Assembly: GCA_030265395.1 (NCBI GenBank)
Contig: JARFYF010000074.1
Location: forward strand, 16,769,893-16,833,892
Length of the DNA stretch: 64,000 nt
Source: Rhina ancylostomus
Taxonomy: Eukaryota
Reading direction: 5' to 3'
Below the pieces are notes generated by a model that saw nothing but the letters and a program-made list of their open reading frames with translations, was not told where the DNA came from and ran no database searches. The position numbers and the translations under genes were made by a program. Positions 60,526-64,000 of this stretch are shown piece after piece; the first letter of the stretch is position 1, and every line of letters begins with the position of its first letter.

Positions 60526-61459
60526 AAAATCAATCACAGTAAAAAAAATTCGACAATTAGTAAATCAAAAACTAAAAACACAAATTTCAATGAAAATTTT
60601 CAACATTTATCTGAGCACAAAATAAAAATCAGAGTACTTGAGACTGTGAAAAGCCGAAATATCGCAAAGTATATTGGAAATCTATGCATTGTATGATTTT
60701 AAAATTGTTAGTTTTTTAATGAGTCAGAATTACAACCCATCTACACGAAATCTACTTTAATTGCAGGGGGGATTTAGAAAAGGTTATTAAATATGAATAT
60801 AATTTGCACTTCATTTTTAAAAATATAAGAAGGCTTCAAAGTGGGAATATTTTAAGTATCTGAAGTTCTTGTCAAACACTGATTTCTGAAACTGAAATTA
60901 GAAGAAACTGCAAAACAGCTCACCTTGTGAAGGAGCAGGGAACTGATGCTGGCAAGTTCCAGATTTCTGCATTTAACTATCACAGTGGGTGCTCCAGAAG
61001 TTGCTGTCAGTTTCGGGGAGTTATGACCGGCACACTGAAAGTTCCACTGTTGTTACAGCTGCAAAATCTGAGATCTTGTGTGTTGCATGAATTTAAATTC
61101 ATGCAATATCTAGAACTACTCTGCATGAAAATATAATGTGTGAGAGAGATGGCTGCTCAGCAGCTGAATCCAAAGGCAGGTCATGTAGTGGCACAGCATA
61201 TTGGAGTAAATAATAAATATGACGGGGCCCCTAATAAAGATGAATAGACAACAATAAATGTCAAAAAACTTGTATTTTCAGTTCTGTTGAAGGGTCACAT
61301 CAAAAGATTACCCTTGCATTTCTTCTTCTTTGAATGCTCATCTAACGTAAAGACCAGTTTCTGATTTTATTTTGCAGAATTTGGCTTTAGGTTGATTAAT
61401 TTCTGAAGACTCCAACTGTCTGGAGTAAAAGGCAGGCCTCATGCACTCCTCAGTGTAAC

Positions 61460-61665
61460 AACAGTGGTGTTTAAGAGGTTGTTAGACACATGAATATGCA
61501 GGTAGCGGAGGGATATGGATCATGTGCAGGCAGAAGAGAATTAGTTTAATTTGGTATCATATTCATCACAGATGCTGTGGGCTGAAGGGCCTGTGCTGTA
61601 CTGTTCTGTGTTCTATATTGTTCAGTGTAGCATGTTGTTCAGTGTTGTTCAATGTAGCACATTCT
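61460..61665 (+). mobile_element. CR1 3' end with short tandem-duplicated tail
   Basis: gtttaagaggttgttagacacatgaatatgcagg..gggctgaagggcctgtgctgtactgttctgtgttcta, then ttgttcagtgtagca repeats. Confidence 0.8.
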
Positions 61666-62699
61666 TTGAAAACTGATTCATCTTCCTTTCTCACAAGCCC
61701 TTGCAATGTTCTCCCATGTGTTAGACATGTTATTTCCCAATGGCATTGACGATAAAATCCAACTAATTTTTGGAAATAGAATGATATGCACTTATTTCTG
61801 CTGCAGCTCCTTCTTGGCTCTGCTTACACAATGCGTGCTGGGGAAAATAGTCATTTGTATGAAGCGTTGTACACTGTGTAGTAAGGAAATACACACTGTA
61901 CCTATTCAGCAATAGCAAGACAAAAATGAATACAGATTCCACTATCAGCAACAATATTTTTTCTTTAGATATGTACTGTTTGTTCTGTGTTGTGGCCAAT
62001 TTAAAAAAAAATTCTATACCCAACCAGTTCTTTTTCAGGAAAGGATAACCTTGAATCTCAGTGAGATGATGTCAGGTATTTCACAACTACTATGGAAACT
62101 GCCAGTGCAAAATCGTGGCATTGATTAATCAAACATAATAGATGGTGGAAAGATGATACCATTCATTACGTCCTAGTTACATTTGCTAATTATGATTAAT
62201 GCATAAGATTAGTTTCAGTATGGGATGAAGCTTGTTGCCTTGACTAATTCTGTACTGAATTAATTAACGGAAATGTTTTTGAATCTGAATGACGGCTCAA
62301 TGTTATGTGCCTGACTGCCCAGGAATAGGAAGGTTTGGAGAGATGCAAGAGAACAGTCATTGCTGATCTTTCACATCAGCTGATTTAGTCCCCTTGCAAA
62401 TAAAGCAAAGTTGAGGGTCATCATGGCACTGCAGATGGATGAAAATAATTGATTAAAATTATAATTGAGGTTGGACATCGCTTGTGAGGATATATGACTG
62501 CTGATGTTGTGGAAGTCGCGAAGCATGCAGTGAAGTTATTTGAGGCTTTTTATATTCTTAATAATTGCAACTAAATGACAGTTCTTTGTAATAACCCTGT
62601 GCACCATATCTTGCCTGCTTATATAAGAAGAAATCACAGGTTTGTAAAAGACATTTCCTCCCATTCAAACATATTACTGATGTGAAAAGTGGACTATTG

Positions 62700-63715
62700 T
62701 TTTATTCATTCATTCTGGGGGATCAAGGTGTCACTAGCAAGACCAGCATTGATTGCTCTTGAGAAGGAAGAGGTGATCCACCTCCTTAAATCACTGCAGT
62801 CTTCCCTACAAAGCTGTTTGGCAGGGAGTTCCAGCAAACAAACCCAGCAACAATGAAGGAATAGCAATACATTTCCATGTCTGTGGGATTTGGAGGGGAT
62901 CCTGAAGTTGATAGTGTTCACACAAGCCTGATGCCCTTGTCTTCGTTAACGACAGAGGTTACAAGTTTGGAAGGTACTGTTGTAATGGCCTGGGTGAATA
63001 ACTGCAGTGGCTCTTGTAAATGGCATTTGATGCAACTACTGTGCACTAGAGATGGAGGGAATGAAAGGGAATGAATGTTTAGGGTGGTGTGGTGGATGGG
63101 GGATCAATCAAGAGGCAGGTTACTTTGTCATGGATGGTGTCAAGCCTCAGTGTTATTGAAGCTGCACTCGTCCCGGCAAGTGGAAAGTATTCTATCAGAC
63201 TCCTGACACATACCTGGAAGATGGTGGAAAATGAAAGTTGAGTTTATTGTCATAGTCATAGACTTAAGGTGTCATGAGCTGATTTAATGCAGGATAGTTG
63301 TAGATGCCAGTGTTTGTGTATGTGATCTCATTTAATCTCTGGACAATGGTGAAATACCCCAGGGTGCTGCAAATGGAGGGCTCAACAACAGTAATATTAC
63401 TGAATGTCAAGAGTTGGTGGTTAAGCCATCTCTTCTTGGAGATGGTATTTGGTTGGCATATTTTATGGCACGAACGTTACCTGCCACATATCACCCCATG
63501 TTGTCTAGTGCTTGGCATGTGCAGATGTGGACTACATCATTAGTTGAGGAGTTGCAAGTGGAATTGAATATTGTTCTATTGTCAGTGGATATCTCCCACT
63601 TTGGATTTTGTGATGGACAAAATCTTGATGATGAAGCAACTGAAGATAATTAGGCCATGCTCACTGCCTTGAGGACATCCTGCAATGATGTCTTGGAGCT
63701 GGGATGATTGATCAC
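62700..63715 (-). mobile_element. Decayed old L2/Crack-like LINE 3' part
   Basis: ttcattcattctggggg..gtcactagcaagaccagcatt..cttgagaagg; cttcttggagatggtatttggttggca; colinear with 16885-17830. Confidence 0.7.
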
Positions 63716-64000
63716 CAATTTAATTTTGTATTGTCTAACTTTGAGGGCTGCCATTTTTCTAGCCTTAAAAGCAAATCCAGAGGGTGTCCACCAGAACTGG
63801 CTCCCATAAGCCTATTGGCTTTTGCTTTGATCTCTGGTTGTTTTGAGCTTTTTCTTGAACCAAGTAAGTTCTAGACTGCCCAGAATGGATGGTTTTATAT
63901 GTTTTTGACAGTTGTTGAAATGATTGTTATATTCAGTTTTAAATTCCTAAAAGAAGAGATTTCACTGGGGCACTATGCATTAATTTCACAAATGTGTTTG

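Noticed and set aside
60924-61060. Minus-strand exon candidate with AAG|GTGAGC
   Set aside because: All frames are closed from the good acceptors; only a weak internal acceptor leaves an open frame.
1-64000. CRISPR arrays, operons or prokaryotic defence systems
   Set aside because: Vertebrate repeat-rich DNA with no regularly spaced direct repeats and no intact long ORFs.

Overview
Eukaryotic, AT-rich, CpG-depleted DNA from a draft assembly with about 15 N-gaps, many about 100 nt. The repeat content (CR1/HER1-type LINEs, HE1-type V-SINEs, Deu-domain SINEs, Rex1/Babar, L1, Penelope) points to a cartilaginous fish, probably a ray. No intact host protein-coding gene, rRNA, tRNA gene or CRISPR array is recognisable, so the window looks intronic or intergenic. 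Most ORF-track entries are decayed transposon frames or noise. Most notable: (1) a decayed Penelope-like element with a GIY-YIG domain, plus a dozen or so related short elements, many palindromic, carrying minimal type I hammerhead ribozyme motifs; (2) an old PIF/Harbinger fossil (DDE transposase plus a convergent Myb/SANT start) split by a CR1, with several more Myb/SANT fossils across the window; (3) clean nested insertions with target-site duplications (solo LTR, L1, V-SINE, Rex1); (4) two frame-preserving minus-strand exon candidates of unknown identity. Family assignments come from recalled consensus motifs, not database searches, and boundaries are approximate unless a TSD is cited.
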